Below, in pieces: positions 12,205 to 25,100 of a DNA stretch of 64,000 nucleotides. The notes beneath the pieces were generated by a model, which was not told the DNA's origin, did not search any database, and worked only from the letters and a program-made list of their open reading frames with translations. Origin of the DNA: Epiperipatus broadwayi (lineage: Eukaryota > Animalia > Onychophora); the NCBI GenBank assembly GCA_028023455.1, contig JAQFVV010000010.1:7130001-7194000 (forward strand). Direction: 5' to 3'. The stretch's first letter is position 1. Every line of letters begins with the position of its first letter. The position numbers and the translations under genes are program-made.

Positions 12205-13825
12205 ATGGCATCCATTTTCAAAACTATTGCTGGATTTTCCCATTGTTATTCTGATGACTCTGATATAGATTGTGTACCCTGCTAAGTGATGTCAGTGAAA
12301 ATAAAAATTCCAAGTGATGAGGAATCATCCAGCAGCAACAGAAATGAAGATGAATCTGATGATATAATGGGAGAGGCTAGGTATTGGATAGAAAGATATA
12401 TAGATAGAATTCTTTCACCAACCTCAAGGTTTCTCTGCTGCCACACTAGACATGACTAACAATGGCACCAGATGCCACAGCATTACAATTTTTTCAATTG
12501 TTTTTTGATAAGAAAATACTGGAAATTGTAAGAAAAACAAATCTGTATGCCAAGCAATATATTCAAAAGAGTATATTAAAAAGATTGTCCAAAGTTTAAA
12601 AAAAAAAAAAAATAGATTCTCTTCTCAGTGGAAGAGATGATATTATTTTTTGCAGTAGTGATGCTTCAGGACCTTGTCAAACTAAACATCAGGAATGGTT
12701 ATAGACAAAAAGAATATTTTATGCACTCATCTTTTCTGAGATGATGACAGATGCTAGATTTATATTGCTTATAAAATTTCTGCACTTTTCTAATAATGAA
12801 ACTGCTAATGTGAATTTCCACCCAAATCCAAACTTCTCTAACGTTTTATAAAGTAATGGAGAATTTGAGAGGACTATTTAGTAAACTATATATCCCAGAA
12901 CAAAATGTTAAGAGTAGATGAGAGCTTGATGCTCTATAAATAATGGCTGGTAATTTGGCTATTGTGAAAAATGTATAACATCAAAGAGGGCCCACTTTGG
13001 TTTGAAATTTTTCATTCTTATCGAATTAGAAAGTCGATATGTCTGTGACTTACTCTTATATACTGGAAAAAGAACAGCATACCATCAAAAATATGAATCA
13101 TACCCTGTAACTACTGAAAGTGTCATAATCATTTGGACAAAGGGTATTGTGTGACTGTTGACAATGGGTACATATCAATAGAACTATTGATGATACTGTC
13201 AATATCAGAAGGTTCTGTCAGCTGAAATGACAAAAAAGCTGGAAAAAATACAATCCAGGCTTTTCAGCATGGAAAGGTTATGGCAAGACAAAAAAAAGTT
13301 TGCCTTTTTTAATTCCATTCATAATGCATCCTCACAAATTGTCAAAACAAAAGCTGAAGGAAATGTGGTAAAATGAACTATAGTGTGATTATAACTACAT
13401 TGGGCAATGTTGATTGATGTGATCAAGAATTATCTTTTTATCAAACAACCAGGTCTCTACAAAAAAAAAAATATTTAGGCACTTCATTGATCAAGTGCTT
13501 TTGAATAACTTCATTCTTTATAATAAAAATAAAATTGCTCTATTGGAATTCAAAGCACAGATCACTGAAGAGTCATTTGAAGTATATATAGAACCTGGTT
13601 TGAGAAATTTGAGGAAGATCTAGCCTTGATCTTCCACCTTTAAAACTCATAACTGGCCACTTTACAATTCTTCTTCCACCAAACCCTATCAAAAAGTTTC
13701 CTGATTCTGCCATGATTGCAGTTCCAGAAAGGATGACAATAAAATTATCCAAAGGGAATTAAGATAAAGTTGGACTATATGTGGATCCTTCCTTAAAAAT
13801 TTTCCACACTTGGAAGAACTACTGA
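12205..13825 (+). pseudogene. Decayed piggyBac transposase (PGBD4-like)
   Basis: Broken frames retain VDESLMLYK (12914-12940), GYCVTVDNGYISIEL (13142-13186), a DYN..GNVD..DQ-like motif, FRHFIDQVLLNNFILYNKN (13474-13530) and a C-terminal GLYVDP..KIFHTWKNY-stop. Many stops and frameshifts. Confidence 0.9.
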
Positions 13826-14104
13826 TGGTATTTAGTTTCCACTTGTGAATTTTGAAAGCACTTAGCTACTTAATTAAATATATTTCTTTATTTGTCTTCA
13901 GCTTTGTGTGCTTGTGCATGTAAGCGCATTTTATATTTTGCACTTTAGAACAATTAGCCACAAAGTTTAAACTGTTTGCTCATTTGAATACAAGTATAAT
14001 TTATATATCTTGAGTTTAGCTGTAATTATAGGGAAATTGAATACAAAAACTTTCAAGCTCTCATACAGCCGATACACATGACTACACATATGAAAACAAT
14101 AAAT

Positions 14105-14161
14105 GATCTCCAATATATATATATTTTGTGCTGAAGCAACACTCATCAGTTGGTCTAGGTC
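14105..14161 (-). ncRNA. Type I hammerhead motif (family 2; G12A)
   Basis: GACCTAGA CCAA CTGATGA GTGTTG-CTT-CAGCAC AAAA TATATATAT A TTGG AGATC. Confidence 0.7.
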
Positions 14162-14441
14162 ATCATCTCCTACACATATATATAATCAGGCTCAGTTTAT
14201 ATTAAGATAGCAAATCTTCAAACTTTAATGGATAGGCTTCAATAACTCCAACTCTTCAACCATCCATACCACTGAGGATTGGCATCAACAAGGTATTTGG
14301 GTATTCTATCATCAGATTCTCAATGGTATAAATGGCTGAAGAGTTGTAGTGGAGTTGATTGAAGTCTATCCATTAAAATTTGAAGATTTGCTATCTTAAT
14401 ATAAACTAAAGCATTGATTCCATATGTGTGGGGGAAATAAT

Positions 14442-14489
14442 GATCCGGACCAACTGACAAGTGCTCGTTAAGTACCAATACTGAAGATC
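14442..14489 (+). ncRNA. Strongly degenerate hammerhead motif (family 2)
   Basis: GATCCGGACCAA CTGACAA GTGCT-CGTTA-AGTAC CAATACTGAAGATC. The core is destroyed; it is recognised by homology to the other copies. Confidence 0.45.
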
Positions 14490-15529
14490 ATTTATCTTTT
14501 TCACATGTGTGGTCATGTGTATTGGTTACATAAAATAGAGTGGATAGCAAAGGGAGCTCAAACTCTTTCTTCAAATCCCCTATAATTATATATATATTTA
14601 TTCTAATTGTTTGATGAATTATTTCAGAGTTCAGTGGACAGAAGAATAGTATACCAACAAATAACCACCTTTTTTATAAAGGTATGTATTGCTTACCTTG
14701 GTAAATTTGATAGAAATATATTTTGATTGGTGTAACTGTCACATTATTTTACATTTCAGGTGTTACTTGTAAGAAGACAACCAGCTCAGCGAATAATTAC
14801 TTCTAATGTCAATTTTTTATGCTTTGTATGCTGACAGGTAGTATGTAGTTATTACATTTCATATAATATTCATAAAAACAATTGTTTTTATTAGAATATT
14901 TGGGATATATATAGTAAAAATATTGTGCATTTTCCTTATAATATTTTTATAAAAATTTTATAATAAAATGATAACATGAATTTTACTAAATTTGAATACT
15001 ATATGCATATGTAACATTTTGTTATATATTTATACATAATATATAGATATTAAATTTCAATGTAAAATTTATAAAAACAATTTTTATAAAATATTAGAAC
15101 ATTATAAATAGTTAATAGGAAAAGAAATAAATTTGATTTGAACAGTTCTAAGTTCAAACCCCTATAAAAAAATTCATAAAGCTTTTATAAGATTATTTCT
15201 ACAACTATTTTTATAAGTATTTTGACCTTAAGAGTTTCTAAATTTCACAAAAATTGTTTTTTATAATTGTAGAACAGTACCATTTTATAAGTATTCCTAC
15301 CAAAAAAGGCATTTACAAACACATTTTCTAGTGACATATATAAATAAAATTTTAAAAATGTGCCATTTTGGTCATTTATTTAAAAGGATATTAATTAAAA
15401 GTTTAAAGAATGAAATAATCCTTTTAAAAAAAATTATTAGCCAAAATAAAGTATAATGTATTTGAATACATTACAATGTAATTTCATTCATCAATTTAAC
15501 AAAAATATAATGAATATTTTTAGAATTAC

Positions 15530-15538
15530 CTTTCATTG
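15530..15538 (-). other. Possible 9-nt microexon (CAATGAAAG)
   Basis: ttttgtgtttcag|CAATGAAAG|gtaatt. It is phase-preserving and would read xNER into the 4959-5046 exon. It could be chance. Confidence 0.15.
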
Positions 15539-17239
15539 CTGAAACACAAAATATTTAACCAATATGTGATTTTTAACTTTTTCATTTATCATGTCTAAAG
15601 AAAAGCAACATTAATGACTTAAAAATCAATAGAAAAGCATTTCCTTAGCTTTGACATTGGAAGTGTTAAGACAATTGGAAGTTGATAAATGTCAAGTTGA
15701 AATTGGTGGTTCTCTAAAATTAGCGCCTTCTAAAATACAATTTTAAAAAATGCAAAAAAGATTTTTGAGAGGTACTCTCAAAATGATATCTGCAGTATTA
15801 AAAATTTCAGTTAAAAAGTGTTAAAAAAAAGAATGAAATCTTAATATTTTTATTATAAAGACAATATAAATGAAAAAATATTCACAGCTAAGCTAATTAT
15901 CTAAAATATTCTGTAGTATAATTATTTTTCCATAATAAGTTACTGGTTTAGTTCAAATTATATGTACGTTTGTCTATAATTTTACATATATATATTGATA
16001 AAAAGTTTTTTTTTTTAATCCAATTTTTAAAAAAAGTATCCAATAAAATTAACTGAATTATTTATTTAAATTACCATAGAAATATGATATATATATGAGG
16101 CAAATTCTCTACAGGATAGTTTGAATTTTTGCAGGAAATTTGAAGTTCTCTATTCAAGAATGGTAATAATAATAATAAAATAAATGATCAATGATGTTCA
16201 GTATTCTTAAGATTTAGAATAAACTTAAATAAGTTATTTACATTATTTATTAAGTAATATTTACTGAGGCTATAACCTCGAGAATGTGTGTAAAATGTGA
16301 TAGTAGGGACCTCTACAGGTATTTAACCACAAGCTTACGCTATGGAAGAAAAAAGGGGAACCTTCTTTATTTCAATCTACTTTCTATTTAAATAGGTGAA
16401 GCTGAAGCGGTTAGATCTGCGAGCGTGAAGCTATTCAATACTTCACTGATTAAGTCCACATTTATTACACATTAATACTCGCAAAATCTTTCGATTTATA
16501 ACGAGTCAATGGAAATCACTAGTTAATAATATTAAGATGTTTATATTTATAAACTGTTAGAGACTTGTCATAGAGAATATATCATCAGTTATGTTTTCAG
16601 CAACATGAAACTATTGTTGACTTTGTTTGAGCAAGGCAAATATAGAAAAAAAATATCTCTTCTGCAATCATATAGAAATAACAATCACAAGATTTTACAG
16701 CATCTAATTTCTTTATTTGGAAATTATTTTATATAAGGCATGTAAGTCAACAAGCTCAGACAATATAATAGCTCAAAACAACATCCATTCAGAAATCTAT
16801 ATGGAAAAACAGAAAAGGTTTACCACTGTTTAAAAAAGTGTAGAAAATATATATATATACTTTTACAATAATAGTTGAGTATAATCTTTTTTTCATTTAT
16901 TGATTGTACTTCTCACATTAAAATCTATTCAGAATTTCCCAATATCTCCTCTTAACAATTTTTATTTTTCTTACTATTATTGTCTTTTTTCTATATTATC
17001 TTGTTTGTTTGCTTTTTTTCTAGGATTTATATTGAGTAGCAGCTTTATGTAGAATGATATTGGCAACATCTGAACATAAGTTGCATCAAAAACCATAGAA
17101 AAAAGAATCATAAATTACTTTCATATATTGAAAATGTTATGAATATGCATAATACTGTTTATATGACCATTAGAAGCTGACAGTGACAGTACAATAATAA
17201 GAGATATAAAGTCTTTATAAACATTACTAAACAAATGGG

Positions 17240-17338
17240 TTTTTTTTCCATGTGTCATAGCATAAGCCTGGAAGCAAACCCGCTAACCCAGAACAACTGC
17301 TTGTAAGGCAGCTGTGCTGACCATTCGACCACCAACGC
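17240..17338 (-). mobile_element. tRNA-derived short SINE (degenerate copy of the 62.4-kb element)
   Basis: A-box-like TGGTCGAATGG, anticodon arm GCTGC-CTTACAA-GCAGT and B-box-like GGTTTGCTTCC. It shares the 3' TATGACACATG plus A run with the 62424-62523 copy. Confidence 0.8.
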
Positions 17339-18507
17339 TTTTACTTTTTGCTTCTAAAATAACTTAGCAAATCAAAACAATGTTGCCTATATCTTGAATG
17401 CAATTTATGTTTCAAATTTTTTATTTTAAAAAATTTCAAATGATTTTCATATAAATTGAAAGATCATGACATTTCACCATTAATTAAAAAGTGAAAGAAA
17501 ATACATTTTTTTTAAGAAAATTGATTTTATATAAATGTAAAACTGATTTGCTTTTTTCTTCAAATTTATTACGTATATGTATATTTAATTTGAGATAAGT
17601 TGGGATCAGCAGAAATTTTTCTGAATTGTTAAAAGAAAGGCAAGTGATAGATACTCCAGTAAAAAGTGTCGGTGAGGCTTTGATCTGCAGTAATCAATAA
17701 TAACAAATACATTTTTTTTTTTTTTCCAGGATTTTCCATTACTTCAGATCCTCAGACAATTGTATATTTGGGACTCTTTCTGATCAGGCATAATTTTAAA
17801 TACAAAACCTCTTCTTCTTTTTTAATCTTACTAAGCATTCATCACTACTTTTTTAAAAAACCTGTTTGGTGACTGCTATTCTAACTTAATTTATTTTCTC
17901 TAATATTATTCACCTAGTCAGTCGTTATTTTAGAATTATTATTAGATGTTGATTGCTATGGTAAATAAAAAATTTACAATAATCCAGATGAAATTAACAT
18001 TGCTTTCAAGCAATTAATTTGAAATGATGCTTTGCTATTGACCCAAATGCGATTAATTACTAGCAACAGCATTCTCTAATGCTGATGCTCAATATGAATC
18101 TTATTAAATTATAAATAAATAATAAATGGAGCAAACTAGAAAACAATAAAAATAATAAGAAATAAAAGAACTTCCTCATAAAGAACTATTAAAGGAAACC
18201 TAAAATTCAAAAAATATTTTAATATATGGAGAGAAATATAATAGAAAAAAACACTTTTATCTAGTAAATTTGCCAAACCATTACATACAACAGATGTCAT
18301 TTTTTAAATACATTAATATAGGGAGAAAATAATTTTTTAATTGAAACTCCCAAAATATCTAATGTACAATAAAAATACAATTCATCCAACATACTAAAAT
18401 GTGGCAACTTCATAAAATAATAGAACTCTTTAAAATATTTTACCATGAATTACAATTCCATTAATTAATATTATTCATATAATCTTAAATAGATACATTA
18501 AAAAATA

Positions 18508-18774
18508 ATATATATTATTAATAATACTTCACTCATATACACTTTAATGCAATTAATTTTCTTAAAAACTTCTTTATTTTCTTACAGTTTTGACTGTCCA
18601 GCAGTCTTCTTCAGAGCTCCATCTTCCTTACAGTTGTTTTAACTTTAACTGTAAGGAAGATGGAGCTCTGAAGAAGATTGCTGGACAGTCGAAACTGTAA
18701 AAAAATAAAGAAGTTTTTAGGAAAATTAATTGCATTAAAGTGTATATGAGTGAAGTATTATAAATAATATATAT
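18508..18774. mobile_element. Palindromic HHR-bearing element (family 3), ~128-bp arms
   Basis: Arms are 18508-18635 and 18647-18774. The right arm has CTGAAGA A GATTG-CTGGA-CAGTC GAAA CTGT A, then AATAAA. The left arm (minus) has AAAA instead of GAAA. Confidence 0.85.
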
Positions 18775-21305
18775 GATTATATGAAGATATGCAAAAAAAG
18801 TGAAGGAGAAAAATAAAAAAATAATAATAAAAGCATTACAAAAAATTATGTATACATACTTGAAAACAAAAAACAATTCAATAAATACTTGTAAAATTAC
18901 TAAGCCCAACTAACATGCACACTGTATTTTTTTCTAGTTTTATGACTTATTTAATGCATGTTTTTTATTTTTCTTCTAGATTTAGCAATAAAATAACTTT
19001 AATGTTGATTTAAGTGAAAGGAAAAGAAATTAATCAGCTTTTTTTTTTATTTTAATTATACTGAAATATTTAAAAGATGTTAAAATTAATCAGTAAATTT
19101 ATATTACTGTATAAAGATTCATATGCTTTAAAGTTTTATATTGTTATTAAAAACAAATATGCAAATATACTTGTAAATACAGTGAGACTATCATAATCAC
19201 ATTTGGTTTTAAAGCCCATAGTAGTTGTGGAATTGTAAAAAGTAAGGATGTTATACAGATTATAATAGGATTTTGAGATGAACTCTAATTGAAAAATTGG
19301 TGATGAGCATAATGAAGTGTTTCATCTGTTTGTGGGTATTGCTGATATCTGACCAAAATACTGGCATTTTCTACTCATACCATAACCATACCTGTGTCAA
19401 TACGTATAGATAGTGGATGTTATTAAAAGATCTGAGCTCACTGAGCAATTTCTTTTTATTTTATTGAACCAGTCCAATGAACCAAAATTCATTAAAGTAC
19501 CACTTCACAACTTCTTTGAGGAATGACTCTAAATGCAGGTTCAAACCTTCTTTCCTATCAAACACCAATTGGTAGCTTGCAGACACATTAGGTATAAACA
19601 CAATATTGCATAATTTAACTATTTAATTTAAAATCTCTTATTGAATTTAGGAAATGAAAGACTGAGAATTGAAGCAAACGCTAAAATACTGAACTTAATA
19701 ATACTCTATTTCAGGCAATACTAACTAATATTAATTTTACAAAATTTCTAAATTCAAATATAACATCATCAAACAAGTATTAAATATTATAGCTTTTTAA
19801 CATCTTAAAAGTATATTAGGGACCTTTTTTTTTTTTGTCTACAATCTGATTGATGTTTTAATGATGAACATATTACAAATAATAATCAAATAACTTTCAA
19901 AAAATATGTATTATATAACATATAAAAAATGTAAGTAAATATAAATTCAGATGAGAAACAGTTAACAAAATGCAAAAATCACATATATTTAATGTAACCA
20001 CTACTCTGATAATGATGATATGTAAATATATAACCTAGTACTAAAGGTTAAGTTTAATTATTTCAAAAGTATTTTAATATGTTTTTATAAATTCAATTTA
20101 AAATTAAATATTAAAAATCATGGAAATAAAAAAATTGGAAATACATTTCCTGTAGGCCAGACTTCTTAACAAAAAGTCAGTTCCAAATTACCCAAACAAA
20201 AGACGTAAAGCAAAGAAAATTTTACAGACATTCACAGTTAATTAAAATAGAAAAAGAAATGAAAGATGAAATCTTAATTTCACTTGATTGTTTAAATAAA
20301 GCTGACTTTTTTTAAACAGCTGTCTTACAATTTTAAACAGTTTTATATATATTTTATTTAGCTTCTCCATTCAGCTAACTGATTTTTAACGTACTTCAGA
20401 CAAACAGATTTTCTTCAAATTTTGTACACGTTTTGTATAATGACTGTGATATTTGAAGGTGTTCTGGTCCTAGCAGTGAAGGTGGGCTGCATTTCAAAGT
20501 ACATTTAAATCATTTCAATAATTTTTGAATGATTCTCTAAAAATATAGAGATAAGATGGTACTATTATTAATTTAACTCACATTGTGGTTTGGTTTATAC
20601 TTATTATAAATAAAAAGTATTGGAAGAAATTTTGTTTATGATAAATGATTTTGAAAAATTAAAGTGATATAGGAATAGACTTCTTAACAAAATTCAGTTG
20701 CAACATCACCAAAAAATAAAAAATGATATATATAAAAAACAATTCATTTCATTTGGTGACTAATGAACTAAAAAGCAAAAAAAAAAAAAATTTTTGAACC
20801 ATAATTTTTATTCTTTGATGTAATTTTAAATAAAATTGTGGTGACCTTACATTAATTGATTCAATCAATAATACAATATTTAGTTTGATCATAAATTTTA
20901 TATTGATTAAAATAATTTATTGATGATCCACAATTTTATTTATGGTTATAGACAACTACCAAAATTGTTGTTCAAAAAAACAATTTAGCGAATAAATTAA
21001 ACAAGTTTTTTATAAAAATATTGTGTATATATTGTAAGTAACCAGATTGGTGTATGCCACAGTATTTAAAGGGAAATCAAGAAGTTTATTGGTCTTGTTT
21101 AATTTTTATTTCACTTGATCTATGGATAATGGAGATGTTGAAGTATTAATATTAACCCGGTAACTATGGCAGCTATACTGTTCAAACAACATTCTTATTT
21201 ATTAACATTTAGCGTCAATTTATAAATCTGTTGTGATCAATCTCAGAAAAAAATATAAACAAGTAAATAAATAAATAGATTTTGGAAATAGTTACGTGAA
21301 TCATA

Positions 21306-21449
21306 AAAAAATCACTTGAAGAGAATCAGTATTATTATTACATATTACACATCTCAATTTCTGTTATTACAATCACCATAGCAAAAATCACTTAAAGAGA
21401 ATCAGTATTATTATTAAGTATTACACATTTCAATTTCTGTCATTACAAA
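21306..21449. repeat. Tandem duplication, ~77-bp period
   Basis: AAAAATCACTT(G/A)AAGAGAATCAGTATTATTATTA..TATTACACAT(C/T)TCAATTTCTGT(T/C)ATTACAA occurs twice. Confidence 0.9.
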
Positions 21450-23493
21450 ATTAAATGTTTTTCTTTGTTTCATATATGTTTGTTCATAAATTAGTTATAA
21501 AAAAATATTAATTATTATTAAAAAATATTTATATCCATTAATTAAAATGTATTGAAATTATAATATGAATTCTTTATTTTGGTTTAAAATGAAAAAATAA
21601 TATTGAACTTATAGAAAAGGATTTCATTTTACTGTATCCAATTATTTTAAAATCTCCATTTCACTTATTAATTGGAGACAAATCTTCTTGAACAATTTCT
21701 TACACCATTGAGTGAAATTTGAGCAATTTCCAACAGTTGTTATGACAACAATAACATCATCAAGAGTATCTTATAAATGGAAGGGAGACCCTGTAATTTG
21801 AATTCTTATAATTTTATCATTGCCAGAACAGACACATTTAGATCTGACTTTGAAAATTTATTAAATTTTATTATTTAAGTGATTAATTTATAAAAACCAT
21901 GGCAAAATAAAAATGTTAACTATCTGCCCATTCAATTGGGGCAGCTTGCTGATGAAATTCCAGGCAAAACTGCAAGAATATGAATGAAAGAAAAATCCAT
22001 CAAAATGCATTGTATTGCAGATCAGTTATATAAAGATATTCAGTGGGTAAAAATCCAGAATGTTATTTATTTGTGATGGAAAATAAACCCCCATTGTGTA
22101 TCTATGGATACCATATTTCAGATCAAGGAATTTTACAAGATTGATTAACTCAACTTATGCATGATATCAAGCAATTTAAACTTCACTTTCATAATTTGGA
22201 AAAAAAAAGCTAGTATTTATTCTTCACTTGATTATAACTGGATTGTGTCATTAAAGGAATTCTCTTTGCACATTATTGTCAATGAAAAAGGAAAATAATG
22301 CCAGTGATGTGTAATTTTACATCGATCAAGTATCTGCTGTTATTAAAAACTTGGATATTTATATGCTTAAAAGAAAATATCTGAATTTAAACATGAAAGT
22401 ACTTGGATTCAAATTTGCGATATTTACCATTCATGTTCACATTCTTAAAGCAAAATCATTTCTACGCCTTAAATATTGCATTGTCACTGAAATCGAACAT
22501 GTACAAAATTTGAAAAATAAACTGACTCAACAAAGAACTTTTACATTAAATAAAAGCATTTAATAATTTAAGTGGTAAATATTTTGTCTAAAAAAAAAGT
22601 ATGAAGTTTCTAGAATAGTGATTCATAACTGGTATACCTTGAGTTCTGTGACAGTTTACAAATGTTCAATGAATTTATAAAAATGGTGTATTAATTAGAT
22701 ACTAAATTTGAATGAATATTAGCATAAGTTTCCAAGGGTGCAGTTTACAATACAGACAACATGCAACTTACACTTTCAAGACAACTATATAAGCAAATAG
22801 CTCTGTTATAACCATTTGCAACATTAGGTTTGAAAAAGTCCATTTTTGATGTGGATTTGTTTTATCTGTTATGTTAAACATAATAATTGATAACATCTTT
22901 AATAAATAACTTCAATAATTATTCAATTCATTTTTCAGTAAAAATTCCATTTTAGAAACTAATTTTTTTAATGTCAAAAATAGCCTTCGATATGATAAAT
23001 TTATTATTAAATGAAAACATGAACTTTCAACAAAATAAAGATGGAAGAGAACAAATCTGAATAGTAGTAACACTAATGTTGTTACAAATAAATTTTATGC
23101 AGAGGGCAGAATTATTTACGGCAAAATAAACTAATAGATCGTATTCAGATGAATATTTAAGCTTCAGTTTTACATAAACCAGAGAGGAAGAATGACACAT
23201 TTCACAATGTCTTGTTCACGGGAAAAAGTGCCCAATAGTAAAATGATTTCTATTAAAATCATATTATGCATCATTTTACTATGAAGCATAGCAATTTTGC
23301 TTCAAAAACTAAAAACTATTTCAAAAGATTATTAGACATACAAGTTATTTTGAAGAAAAAAAACATTACAATTTCAAATAAAGTACAACTTGTGTCATAT
23401 AAGCCAGGTGAATTAATTGTTATAAAGTTAAAACTATATGCTATTGTAACAGTCAAAACATGTCTATTTTGCTAACACACTGCAGAATTTAAA

Positions 23494-23760
23494 CCCGGGA
23501 CGTAGAACTCAACACTAGGAGAGTTACCTCCAGAAATCCCAAGTTCGAATCCAAAGTCCAAACTCCACAATGCTCTCTACATGATAACACATTTGATGCT
23601 ACTAATAGTATAATTTCATGCCGGTGCCGGTGATCAGGGAAAAAACAAGACTCTATATCTAAAATAGCCCTAGGTTAATTTAACAGTAACTTATAGATGT
23701 GCCAAAGATAAGTTTCATGTGCTATGTAATTTAGATTGCACCCCGAATAAATAAAAAAAA
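23494..23760 (+). mobile_element. tRNA-derived SINE
   Basis: GC-rich head with B box GTTCGAATCC (23543-23552) and a degenerate A box upstream. It ends in AATAAATAAAAAAAA. Confidence 0.6.
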
Positions 23761-24869
23761 GAAATAAATTTACAAATAAGATTTTATTAATTTGGTAATA
23801 AAATAGATTAGTGATATAAATTTGATAGCTGTATATAATAAACAACAAGATGGCTGATACCTCGTACTTGGCTTCGTTTAGATAACGTGTCTAAAATATG
23901 GTGACACAGTAGGCATATGCAAGTCACGTAAAGTCTAACAGTTTGAAATATTCTAAAATATTTATAATTGGAGATTTAAATGGAGATCGAGAGTCGCTCG
24001 CAAATAGATTATAAGACTGAGCTATACTGAACGGATTTGAAATTCATTTGAATAGAATTCTTTTAATAAGTAACAAGGGAAATATACGGTGGTGCTAGCG
24101 AGTATATGCCGAGGAGGGGTGCAGTTTATGAATATACAACTTTAAAAGATGGTGAAAGGTCTTGGCATTGAATAAGCATTTCGCCTTTTATTAGGGACAT
24201 CTCTAGACCACTCACAGCTCAAGCCTGGCCCGCACCCAGGAGCTTCGTAACTGTGGGGACATACGCAAAATAATTCCCATGTGCCATTTTAGCACAGGAC
24301 TGGGAACCGCGGAGTAAAATAAGGGGGAATGGATTTGAACAATGATGACCTTTGCCAACAGGAGGATTCCAGCACCCATACATATTTACTAGCAACACAG
24401 CTTAATTTCAAAGAATTTAATAAAATAAAGGGCAATTTATCAAGGAACAGAAATAGCTCGCTCTCAACTTTCATATTTTAATGGCCAGCAGACTCTCAAC
24501 AAAACTTAAGATAAATAAATATTCATTTAATAAAATTCTTATACGCAAAAATATTTTAAAACGTATATAAGAGATACTTTCAAATATAAACGATGGGAGG
24601 GGGAAAATGCGTGTTTGCGGTTTATAAACTAAGATGGCAACCACGCATCATTTAACTTCCCTATGTAACTCGCATTTGTCTAAAGAAATTAATTATATAT
24701 TTCATCATAACACATTAAAATTAGACATTTATAAATATAATAGAAAATCAACCCAAGCACAAATTCAGCATGCATTAGAAAAAACATTTAAATAAATACA
24801 TTTCAAGAATATACAAAATTATTAGTTATAGCTTGAAGTTTTCCGAGATCTCGGGTTGATTTTAATTAC

Positions 24870-25100
24870 CTTGTTCTTTTTAACTCTGTCTGTGGGCATT
24901 TCCAAACTTGTAGCAAAGTTCTTAAGTAAAATTATGAGTTTCTTTGGTTCATGGTTCTGCAGCAGCAGTTAGTAGATTTTAGGAGCAGCATTTCTTTGGG
25001 CTGGATGATACGGTGACAGGACATCGGATTTTGAATGATGGACAGCCGAGGCACAGGATCCCGAGGGAAAGACAACCTACTGGCCCATTACCCCGACATT
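24870..25100 (-). other. Candidate 5' exon: uORF-containing leader plus possible start MPTDRVKKNK (24899-24870)
   Basis: GC/CpG-rich island ending at donor AAG|gtaatt (24869). No frame is open across the whole block. The last ATG gives 10 codons in phase 0. A possible acceptor tttaacctcag| lies at 25101, or the TSS is further up. Confidence 0.4.

Larger units (their letters stand above)
14023..14588. mobile_element. Head-to-head pair of hammerhead-bearing dispersed elements (family 2)
   Basis: 14023-14270 is the reverse complement of about 14324-14588, with diverged arms. The same sequence occurs singly at 35.6, 38.9 and 57.8 kb. Confidence 0.85.

Noticed and set aside
14629-14837. Two plus-strand exon-like segments with ag/gt boundaries
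   Set aside because: Joined frames end in stops within the second segment, and no other plus-strand exons support them. Such splice motifs occur often by chance in AT-rich DNA.
18628-18909. 93-aa hydrophobic ORF
   Set aside because: It runs through the palindromic repeat and AT-rich DNA. The F/I/L/Y bias is compositional.
19297-19356. C/D box snoRNA-like TTGG-TGATGA...CTGA-CCAA
   Set aside because: The terminal stem directly abuts UGAUGA, leaving no 3-nt k-turn bulge. It is only 60 nt, and I recognised no rRNA or snRNA complement.
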